From positions 65,625-129,624 of the forward strand of contig CAYXQC010000002.1 in NCBI GenBank assembly GCA_964467385.1: a DNA stretch of 64,000 nucleotides. Reading direction: 5' to 3'. The position numbers and the translations under genes are program-made. Source of the stretch: an uncultured Candidatus Saccharibacteria bacterium. Its GTDB lineage: Bacteria; Patescibacteriota; Minisyncoccia; Phycocordibacterales; CAIZLB01. Every line of letters starts with the position of its first letter. Position 1 is the stretch's first letter. Positions 28,693 through 36,250 of this stretch are shown here, piece after piece. A model generated the notes under the pieces. The model searched no databases, was not told the DNA's origin, and saw only the letters and a list, made by a program, of their open reading frames with translations.

Positions 28693-29634
28693 ATGAGCGA
28701 ATCACTGAATCTTGAGACCTTGAAAAGACACTTTCTCGAGTATATTGAGATCGAAAAGGGTCGGTCTTTGAAGACAGTTGAGAATTACGACCGATATTTG
28801 AGTACTTTTTTAAATTTCCTTCAGAAAAAAGGTCCAGACGGTCAAAAAGCTATCAAAAATCCAGAATTTTTGTTGTCAGATCAGATTCGAGAATACAGAT
28901 TATGGCTAAATAGAAAGACAATTCCCAACATCAAGCATAAAGATGCTGGCCAAGGGATAAAAAAACGAACACAGAACTACTACCTTATTGCCCTTCGGTC
29001 ATTTCTGAAATATCTCACAAAACGTTCCGTAAAGTCTGTGCCTGCTGACAATATTGAACTTGCTAAGGTCCCTGAGCGATCACTCGATCTTATTTCAAGT
29101 GATGAACTTGAGCGTTTCCTTGCCGGTCCTGATAAGGAGAAAGATACCCAGAAACGCTTACGTGACAAAGCTATCCTAGAAATGTTCTTCTCGACAGGTC
29201 TTCGAGTTTCAGAGCTTTGTTCTCTTCCTCATGATATAGATCTCTCTAAGGATGAGTTTTCAGTAAGAGGAAAGGGTGAAAAAGTGCGAGTGGTTTTTTT
29301 GACTGAGGCGGCTAAAAGTGCCGTCAAAGTGTATCTTGATAAGTGTGAAAATATGACTAGTAATAAGCTTTTTCCAATCACTCCCCGCTCTGTGGAGCGT
29401 CTCGTAAAATACTATGCAGTCAAAGCTGGTATCTCTAAAAAGGTAACCCCTCATGTTATTCGTCATAGTTTTGCAACGGACTTACTCCAAAATGGTGCAG
29501 ACCTTAGATCTGTACAAGCGCTTCTCGGCCATGCAAACATTACAACTACACAGATTTATACTCACGTCACTGATCGACATCTTCGAGAGGTACACAAGAA
29601 TTTCCATAGTCGGCAGAAAGGCGTAAAAAAGTAG
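28693..29634 (+). CDS. XerC/XerD-type tyrosine recombinase
   Basis: STGLRVSEL, GKGEKVR, PHVIRHSFATDLL, LGHANITTTQIY; N-terminal SAM-like domain; ATG 28693 preferred. Confidence 0.93.
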   Translation: MSESLNLETLKRHFLEYIEIEKGRSLKTVENYDRYLSTFLNFLQKKGPDGQKAIKNPEFLLSDQIREYRLWLNRKTIPNIKHKDAGQGIKKRTQNYYLIALRSFLKYLTKRSVKSVPADNIELAKVPERSLDLISSDELERFLAGPDKEKDTQKRLRDKAILEMFFSTGLRVSELCSLPHDIDLSKDEFSVRGKGEKVRVVFLTEAAKSAVKVYLDKCENMTSNKLFPITPRSVERLVKYYAVKAGISKKVTPHVIRHSFATDLLQNGADLRSVQALLGHANITTTQIYTHVTDRHLREVHKNFHSRQKGVKK

Positions 29635-29702
29635 CCACTAGGTTGCAGGTTGTTTTAGATAGTGATTGTTGCAAAAATACAGTAAAATAAGGCTTATTAC
29701 AT

Positions 29703-30512
29703 ATGAAAAAGTTAAAAATCCTCTGTTGGAATGTAAATGGCATTCGTGCATGGTCAAAAAAAGGTTGTATGGACTGGGTTTTATCGGAAAAGCCAGATAT
29801 TTTTTGCTTTCAGGAGACAAAGGCTGAACGAACACAGCTTGACGAGACGCTTCTGTGCCAAGATGGTTATGAGTGTTATTTTGAACACTCTCGGACACGA
29901 AAAGGTTATAGTGGTGTGGCAATTTACACCAAAATTGCACCTGAGAAAGTTGAAACGGGGCTTATTTTAAAAGATGAAAATGGAAAATCAGTAGCTGACC
30001 AAGAGGGTCGCTATATGGAGATGCACTTCAAAGATTTAATCTTAATAAATTGCTACTTCCCTAATGGAGGCGGTGAATCACATCGGCTCGAATATAAACT
30101 TAGATTTTACGAGGCTTTCTTGACTCGGGTGCTTGAGCTTCAAAATGATTCTAAAAATAAGGACAAAAAGGTTATTTTCTGTGGCGATGTAAATGTCGCT
30201 CATACAGAAATAGACATTGCACGTCCTAAGGAAAATGAAAATCATGTCGGTTTCCTACCTGTTGAACGCGCCTGGGTAGACAAGGTCACAAATGCCGGAT
30301 TTATAGACACTTTCCGTGCTCTTAATCCTGACGCTCGAGATGTATATACATGGTGGGATGTAAAGAGTGCTGCTCGTGATAGAAACATTGGCTGGAGAAT
30401 CGACTATTTTTTTATTAACAAAGATTCTTTTGAGGATGTAACCAGTATGCAGATCCATACTGATGTTTTTGGGTCAGACCATTGTCCTATCTCACTCGAA
30501 GTTAAAATTTAA
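29703..30512 (+). CDS. xth: Exodeoxyribonuclease III
   Basis: WNVNGIRA, FQETK, GYSGVA, GDVNVAH, GWRIDYF, SDHCP. Confidence 0.97.
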   Translation: MKKLKILCWNVNGIRAWSKKGCMDWVLSEKPDIFCFQETKAERTQLDETLLCQDGYECYFEHSRTRKGYSGVAIYTKIAPEKVETGLILKDENGKSVADQEGRYMEMHFKDLILINCYFPNGGGESHRLEYKLRFYEAFLTRVLELQNDSKNKDKKVIFCGDVNVAHTEIDIARPKENENHVGFLPVERAWVDKVTNAGFIDTFRALNPDARDVYTWWDVKSAARDRNIGWRIDYFFINKDSFEDVTSMQIHTDVFGSDHCPISLEVKI

Positions 30513-30607
30513 GTGTACAGTTTAAGAATTTTAAAATTAAATACGATAAATTGCATGATTTTTTAATCGCAAAAATTGTAACTGTGGATAACTTAAATTT
30601 CGCATTA

Positions 30608-30790
30608 ATAAAGGACATTACTGTTACCATAGCGTGGCTTATATAAAGGACATTACGGCACAAAAATAATAAGATAGTGAAAACAAAAAAGAGAACAAAT
30701 GTCCTTTACATATTTTATAAAAGACATACAATAGTAATCAGATGAGCGTTCGGCATTGAAGCAACTGCTCTTTCAAAAAATAAAAGACAC
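30608..30790. repeat. Repeated TAAA(G/A)GACA operator-like motif
   Basis: ATAAAGGACATTAC at 30608 and 30643; inverted pair ATGTCCTTTACA-TATTT-TATAAAAGACAT at 30699-30727; ATAAAAGACAC at 30780. Confidence 0.75.
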
Positions 30791-31070
30791 AACAGTACGA
30801 GTTTACTGAGGTCTACAGGGATTCAAGATATGAGACAATTCCCCAACATATCTTAAATTTTTTGGAATTCGTCCGAATTCTTATTTCTCTGCACTCCCTT
30901 GAGTAATATACGTCAGTTTCGTGTCGAAAGGTTTCCGGTCAAAAGACCGGTGCACTTGGCGCATTTTGTTTGGTTTGGTTAGTTATTAATTAATCAATTT
31001 TTGTTTGTTTTGTTCTTTGGTCCCCTTTGGTTCCTCTCCGTCGCCTCGCTTGCCCGGTCTTTTTTGTTTC
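30739..31070 (+). ncRNA. Candidate structured non-coding RNA (strand uncertain)
   Basis: TTTACA-16 nt-TACAAT promoter, boxA-like TGCTCTTTCAAAA at 30766, several hairpins, no long ORF. Confidence 0.35.
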
Positions 31071-31147
31071 CTGATTTTTTAATAAAGAAAAGCACGTCTC
31101 TTGTATAACGTGTTTCCTGTGTAACATGCACTTTTTTGAGTAAGTTT

Positions 31148-32629
31148 CTACTTTACACTATGTTTAGCTAAAATTTTCTCTATTTCATCTTTTTCAGCCT
31201 TATCTCTAGCCTTTTTTCCACTATCTGCCCTATTTTTGAGTGTGGCGGTATCAAGTTTATTTAGTTCATTTGCCATATCAGTAAGTGTTACATGGGTATT
31301 TTTTTCAGGTGCTTCTAGGACCTCTTCGAGGATCGCTGCCAATATATACCCTATTCTCGGTCCAGGTTCCACGTGTAACGTGTTAATTAGGTCGTTTCCG
31401 TTAATCTTGAGCATTGAAACCGATATAGGATCACGGAGAACCTGATCAATCATGGCTGTGTACTTTCGAAGTCGATATGGATTCTCCTTTGGTCGCCCCG
31501 TTCCCACTCGGTCGCACACTCGAAGGTTCATAAGGCTCCAGATATTCTCCTTACCTACATTTGCAACCATTCGACGTACGGCAGAAAGCGATATCTGCTC
31601 AGTATCAGAGAAAAACATGTGCCATCGTACAAATGTATATACCAAATCAATAACCTTGTTAGAGTAATGGAGTCTATTTAGAATGTCTTTTGCCATTGTC
31701 GCGCCGATAACTTCGTGCCCGTAGAAGGTATAATCCCCTTTCTCCCTAGAGAAACGTCGAGATTTAGGTTTACCAATGTCGTGTAACAAAGCCGCAAGAC
31801 GAACTTCAAATGGGTATTTCTTGTCTGCTGCACACTGAAGGCTTCGTAGGAGGTGCTCAAAGACATCATATGAATGAGCTTGATTTTGTTTCGTGTGTAA
31901 CCCTTCCTCGAGCTCTGGGAGAATATACTTGAGGATTCCAACTTTTTGGCACATAAATAGTGCAATCATCGGGTTATCAGACATTATAATCTTTGTGAAC
32001 TCATCTCGAATGCGCTCCTTGGCAATCTTCCCTAACATTTCATGTGAAACACTAATTGCAGCTAAAGTACCCATGTTAATCGTGAAACCAAGTTCGGCAG
32101 ATAGGCGAACTGCGCGCATAATGCGCAAGCCATCCTCTCGAAATCGTGTTTCAGGATTACCTACACATCGGATAATCTTATTTTTGATATCCTCTTCCCC
32201 GCCGAACATATCTACGTAGATGTCTCTTATTGGATCATAAGCAATGGCGTTGATTGTGAAGTCTCTTCGTCCTAAATCGTCCTTTATATCCTTACTAAAA
32301 GACACGCTATCCGGCCGTCGGCCATCGCTATATGTGGACTCTGTCCGATAAGGTGTAACTTCTACTATAAAAGACTCATCCCCTTCGTACACTACACCAA
32401 CTGTCCCGTAAGTATTTTCATAAAACGTTTTGTCAAAAAGCTTGATAATCTCTTCTGGGTTGGCGTCTGTGGTAACGTCCCAATCTTTTGGTTCCCTTCC
32501 GATAAGGATATCTCGTACTGAACCACCAACAATAAAGGACTCAAACCCTCCATTTTGAAGGGTTTTGCAGATATTCATCACCTTCTCTGGGATAAGGTGC
32601 TTCGATTTTAGGATTCGGTGTTCGCTCAT
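31148..32629 (-). CDS. cca: CCA tRNA nucleotidyltransferase with HD domain
   Basis: VGGSVRD, DWDVTT, RRDFTINA, EDGLRIMR, LLHDIGK. Confidence 0.94.
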   Translation of the reverse strand: MSEHRILKSKHLIPEKVMNICKTLQNGGFESFIVGGSVRDILIGREPKDWDVTTDANPEEIIKLFDKTFYENTYGTVGVVYEGDESFIVEVTPYRTESTYSDGRRPDSVSFSKDIKDDLGRRDFTINAIAYDPIRDIYVDMFGGEEDIKNKIIRCVGNPETRFREDGLRIMRAVRLSAELGFTINMGTLAAISVSHEMLGKIAKERIRDEFTKIIMSDNPMIALFMCQKVGILKYILPELEEGLHTKQNQAHSYDVFEHLLRSLQCAADKKYPFEVRLAALLHDIGKPKSRRFSREKGDYTFYGHEVIGATMAKDILNRLHYSNKVIDLVYTFVRWHMFFSDTEQISLSAVRRMVANVGKENIWSLMNLRVCDRVGTGRPKENPYRLRKYTAMIDQVLRDPISVSMLKINGNDLINTLHVEPGPRIGYILAAILEEVLEAPEKNTHVTLTDMANELNKLDTATLKNRADSGKKARDKAEKDEIEKILAKHSVK

Positions 32630-32695
32630 CACTAAGATAGTAATACAGAGTTTGATTTTTTGCTATTTTAATGTACTATTGTCGTTACCATAAAT

Positions 32696-32767
32696 GCACC
32701 TATGGTGAAATGGATATCACAACGGTCTTCGGAACCGTTATTCTAGGTTCGAATCCTGGTGGGTGCA
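32696..32767 (+). tRNA. tRNA-Arg(TCG)
   Basis: Acceptor GCACCTA/TGGGTGC; anticodon arm ACGGT-CTTCGGA-ACCGT; T-loop TTCGAAT; CCA not encoded. Confidence 0.93.
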
Positions 32768-32834
32768 CAAGCTTTGCTTAAATACCCTATCCAATGCAAA
32801 ATTGATAAGGCATTTATCAGTAAGCGTAAAATAA

Positions 32835-32905
32835 GCGGTTATGGTTTAGTGGTAGAATGCGTCCTTGCCAAGGACGAGACGGGAGTTCGATTCTCCCTAA
32901 CCGCA
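32835..32905 (+). tRNA. tRNA-Gly(GCC)
   Basis: Acceptor GCGGTTA/TAACCGC; CGTCC-TTGCCAA-GGACG; T-loop TTCGATT. Confidence 0.95.
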
Positions 32906-32951
32906 CAATTTGGTCTCGGACTTATAAATGACTAAAATGTCAAAAATACAC

Positions 32952-32981
32952 AAAAAACTGTCTTTATGGGGCAGTTTTTTA
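32952..32981 (+). terminator. Intrinsic terminator after the tRNA pair
   Basis: AAAAAACTGTC...GGCAGTTTTTT hairpin with T-run. Confidence 0.7.
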
Positions 32982-33000
32982 TTACTTGCAGTTGGGAAAA

Positions 33001-33039
33001 TGTGTAAAACTGTGGATAACTAAGTGGATATGTGTATAA
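33001..33039 (-). promoter_or_regulatory. DnaA-box cluster
   Basis: TGTGGATAA 33011, TGTGTATAA 33031, and near matches TGTGTAAAA 33001 and AGTGGATAT 33023. Confidence 0.6.
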
Positions 33040-33422
33040 AAGACGTCCGTTATGGTGTCCTATAAATGAAGGATTTTAGGGGTTGAAAAGTCAATATTAT
33101 GGCTATGAATAAGGGTTTTAAGGAATTCAGCTACTTAAAAGCCATCCGAATGAGACAATTTTCAGGCATAAAGGCCAAATATATGTTTCACGTGCTACAT
33201 ATATAACTTTATAGATAGGTGTTACATGTGGAACAAGCTATTTTGCTTGAAAATAGGCTTTAAATCGATGTTTTGGTGGTAGTACGGACCTTGTTTCATG
33301 ATTAACATGATTGCTTGTGTATTATTCTGGCCTATGCGGCACAGATTATTGCAGCAAGAGTCCTATATAGGTTGAGAAAATCTTTATATAAGTTTCATGT
33401 TAAACATGTAAGCTTTAGTTTA

Positions 33423-33923
33423 ATGAATAATAAAAGGGTAAGAAGGGCGAAACACAATATAAGGATAGGTCGAATAGGAGAGTTAATAGCCTCTAAATAT
33501 CTGGAAAAGGCCAGTTTCTCCATTCTGACCTGTAATTTAAGGCTTAAAGGGGGAGAAGTGGACATTTTGGCCTATAAGAAACCTGATCATTATGTCTTTG
33601 AAATAAAGACATTGTATGTGCAGGAGTATATGCATGATGGATTGTCCAATGAGACTGAATGTAACCCTTGGGCGCCGGAGAATAACCTAAATAATTTGAA
33701 GATTAGAAAGTTGAGGCAACTAGGGAAGTCTTTGAGGATTTTTACTGGGTCAGAATTTGTTCGCATATGTGGGCTAGCCATAAGAATTGTAGCCAGTGAC
33801 CGTGTTACACCTGAAACATTTGATGAGGAAGATCCGGTTCTTGAGTCTTCGCGAATCAAAGATTTTCTTAAGGGAGCAAGAATATTCATTAAAAGATATG
33901 ACGACATTATCTGTACCTTTTAA
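33423..33923 (+). CDS. yraN: YraN/UPF0102 family PD-(D/E)xK nuclease-like protein
   Basis: IGRIGELIASKYL...NLRLKGGEVDIL...VFEIKT; ATG 33423 preferred. Confidence 0.82.
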   Translation: MNNKRVRRAKHNIRIGRIGELIASKYLEKASFSILTCNLRLKGGEVDILAYKKPDHYVFEIKTLYVQEYMHDGLSNETECNPWAPENNLNNLKIRKLRQLGKSLRIFTGSEFVRICGLAIRIVASDRVTPETFDEEDPVLESSRIKDFLKGARIFIKRYDDIICTF

Positions 33924-33956
33924 TTAGATGTTATCTATGTTATATTGCACATCATT

Positions 33957-34029
33957 CGGGGCGTGGTGTAACGGCTAACATACCTGTTTTGGGAACAGGT
34001 GACTTCGGGTTCGAATCCCGACGCCCCGA
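33957..34029 (+). tRNA. tRNA-Pro(TGG)
   Basis: Acceptor CGGGGCG/CGCCCCG; CCTGT-TTTGGGA-ACAGG; T-loop TTCGAAT. Confidence 0.93.
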
Positions 34030-34085
34030 CATTTAGGATATTTAGTGGAGTCTTTAGATACTAATTTTATAAAATCAATACAAAG

Positions 34086-34394
34086 ATGTTTAAAAAGAAT
34101 ACTGAGGATTTTGAGTGCGAAAATTGTCACGTTGCTGTAAAAGGGGATGGGTATACCAATCATTGTCCGAATTGCCTATATAGCAAGCATGTTGATGTTG
34201 AGCCTGGCGACAGAATGGCCCTCTGTAAAGGTATTATGCAACCTGTGTGGATTGAAGGTATTGATGGGAAGTACAAAATAACTCACAGTTGCAGAAAGTG
34301 TGGTCACAAAAAGGTGAATAAAGTATCTGATAAAGATAATTTTGATGTAGTGGCTAAGATTGCAAAGGAAAGAAATCCTGATTTGCTCAAATAG
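34086..34394 (+). CDS. RNHCP domain zinc-ribbon protein
   Basis: FECENC...TNHCPNCLYSKHVD..PGDR...C.G.M...CRKCG. Confidence 0.88.
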   Translation: MFKKNTEDFECENCHVAVKGDGYTNHCPNCLYSKHVDVEPGDRMALCKGIMQPVWIEGIDGKYKITHSCRKCGHKKVNKVSDKDNFDVVAKIAKERNPDLLK

Positions 34395-34411
34395 CCCGCA
34401 GCTTGGCCGTA

Positions 34412-35665
34412 TTATTTAATATATCGGTAGAGATCTTCTCGATATGTTCGATCGAAATATGTTTTTAAATTGATCAATGAGCTTGGGTAATTTGCCAAGT
34501 CATATAAGTCAATAGAAGTGTTCTGGTTATCTCGATTCTGGCTATCTGTAAGGCTTTCAGCGAGTGTTTTGTTTATGTGTTCGATTGTGATTGCTCGGAT
34601 ATTAGCTTTTCCTGAAATTGATGAGTTAACTGTAGTTGTGATCATTCCTAAAAGTCGCCCATAAGAATCAACGATTGCACCACCTGACGAACCTTTTTGT
34701 CCTGCGAAGCTTGGACTGGTTTCGATAACATCGAGATCTGTTATGCCTAGAGAATATGTCCGATTGATACTCAGGTCTTCTTTAACGATAGGTAAATTAG
34801 CATTTACACCTTTTTCACCTAGGACATTTGCTGGATATGAGAGGGAATAGATCGGCTGACCAGTTGTCAAAAGGGAATCGTTTGAGAGAAGTGTACTTGG
34901 AGAATTCTCGGATTTTAGAGGTAAAGGCGTGAGAGAATTTTTGTTTGACTTTGGCAATTCGTCCATATTTATAGCCAAAATAGCGAAATCTCCCTTGCCG
35001 GTCTGGAGGGGATTCTCAGTGCTTGAATATGGACCGTACTGCATTATCCAACCAGGAGAAATGAAAACCGTTTTTATAGACAGCGCACCAGTTGCCGGAT
35101 CGCCATACCGAGCGATACAAGAAACTGAACTATCTTTTTCTGATAGGAATGGGAATTCAGCAACATGGGCATTTGTAAGCACGGTTCCGTTTTGATTTAT
35201 CAAAATACCGCTCCCTGTAACGGTTTTTCGAAGCTTTCCAATTTTTTGCGTACAAAAAATATTTACGATATGAGTTGATTTATCGGTGTTTGGATTAGTT
35301 GCAACCAGAGTCGCTGGTGCAGGGATGAGAGAGGGGATACTCGAGGTGCTTTGTGTCAACGGTACTCTCGGTGTGGCTTGTGTCGTTGGTGACACTGGTG
35401 CAATAGGGGAAATGGTTGGTAAAAAGTCATATATAGGAGCAACCAGTTGAAGATATGATTTAGGATTAATTGAGAAAAAATTGAAGGTGTTTTGAGAAAG
35501 ACTTTTGACCTTAGATTCAATAACTTTTGTTATTTGTGAAACTCCGGTTGTAACCGAGCTAAGCTGATTCGAAAATGAACTAGCTAGATTGAGATCGGGG
35601 ATAGCGACGGTTGTAGCAAAGGCGATTGCAAAAATTGCCAAAGATAGAGGTAAAATAGTTTTCAT
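34412..35665 (-). CDS. Secreted or membrane-anchored trypsin-like serine protease
   Basis: GSGILI, TNAHV, DFAIL, GSSGGA triad motifs; N-terminal hydrophobic segment. Confidence 0.88.
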   Translation of the reverse strand: MKTILPLSLAIFAIAFATTVAIPDLNLASSFSNQLSSVTTGVSQITKVIESKVKSLSQNTFNFFSINPKSYLQLVAPIYDFLPTISPIAPVSPTTQATPRVPLTQSTSSIPSLIPAPATLVATNPNTDKSTHIVNIFCTQKIGKLRKTVTGSGILINQNGTVLTNAHVAEFPFLSEKDSSVSCIARYGDPATGALSIKTVFISPGWIMQYGPYSSTENPLQTGKGDFAILAINMDELPKSNKNSLTPLPLKSENSPSTLLSNDSLLTTGQPIYSLSYPANVLGEKGVNANLPIVKEDLSINRTYSLGITDLDVIETSPSFAGQKGSSGGAIVDSYGRLLGMITTTVNSSISGKANIRAITIEHINKTLAESLTDSQNRDNQNTSIDLYDLANYPSSLINLKTYFDRTYREDLYRYIK

Positions 35666-35782
35666 TCAGCAAATTATATCAAATAATCGTCAAGTATTGT
35701 TTTAGACACCCTGCTTTGCTATAGTATGCTCACGTTGCGTTTTGGTAGTTGTGGTTAGCATCAGTCTATACGCGCAAAGTTT

Positions 35783-35853
35783 GCGGGATTGGTTTAGTGG
35801 TAGAATGACTGCCTTCCAAGCAGTAGACAAGGGTTCGATTCCCTTATCCCGCA
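35783..35853 (+). tRNA. tRNA-Gly(TCC)
   Basis: Acceptor GCGGGAT/ATCCCGC; ACTGC-CTTCCAA-GCAGT; T-loop TTCGATT. Confidence 0.95.
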
Positions 35854-36208
35854 CAGTAATATAAAAGAGCGAGAACAAATCTCGCTCTTTTATATTACCT
35901 ATATGGATAATGGGATGAGAAAGCCGGACTGAAGTTGTGCAGTGAGCGAAGCGAAGCACAACGAAGGAGGCGGGGTCGACGGGACTTTTTGTGGAGCAAA
36001 AAGGAACCGGTGACCGATTCCCTTATCCCGCACAAAATGAAAAGGTCCGGATTTGCTCCGGGCTTTTTCATTTTGCTACTGGATGTGCAAATCGAAAGGT
36101 GGAGCGCACTCTGCGAAGCAAAGTCTGTTTGCGGCAGTAAACGGAAGCGATCCAGAGTTGCAGAAATTTCTGAGCAACGGTGAATAAATTATCGGTGACT
36201 GATTCCCT
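35836..36208 (+). repeat. tRNA-Gly 3'-end duplications delimiting two ~180-bp structured units
   Basis: CGATTCCCTTATCCCGCACA at 35836 and 36015; degenerate third copy TGATTCCCT at 36200; both downstream copies are preceded by CGGTGAC. Confidence 0.85.
35856..35898. terminator. Perfect 19-bp inverted repeat, terminator-like
   Basis: GTAATATAAAAGAGCGAGA-ACAAA-TCTCGCTCTTTTATATTAC. Confidence 0.8.
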
Positions 36209-36250
36209 CAACATTTCCTTATTTATATAATTTTGCTAAATTAAATCCCA

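Larger units (their letters stand above)
31111..33818. promoter_or_regulatory. parS: Cluster of about ten parS-like palindromes
   Basis: Near matches to TGTTNCACGTGNAACA at 31111, 31365, 31887, 32036, 32074, 33184, 33220, 33292, 33391 and 33803. Confidence 0.75.

Noticed and set aside
28693-29634. Prophage or island integrase
   Set aside because: XerC/D-like size and motifs, housekeeping neighbours, and no phage genes nearby
30608-30656. CRISPR array
   Set aside because: Only two 14-bp repeats with a 21-bp gap; no cas genes; no CRISPR-like array seen anywhere in the window
30881-30964. 27-aa minus-strand ORF MRQVHRSFDRKPFDTKLTYITQGSAEK with an A-rich upstream region
   Set aside because: Uses CGC/CGG rather than the preferred CGA and overlaps hairpins; not called as a CDS, though not excluded
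30513-31147. rRNA, tmRNA, RNase P RNA or SRP RNA
   Set aside because: No rRNA sequence follows the boxA; no tRNA-like ends or tag ORF, GAGGAAAGTCC, or SRP loop motif found
33315-33422. N-terminal extension of yraN from the ORF track
   Set aside because: Runs through parS-containing intergenic DNA; YraN similarity begins after ATG 33423
33975-34163. Minus-strand ORF of 62 aa
   Set aside because: Antisense to tRNA-Pro and the RNHCP gene
35702-36183. ORFs 35702-35959 (-) and 35935-36183 (+)
   Set aside because: They overlap tRNA-Gly and the structured repeat units; spurious
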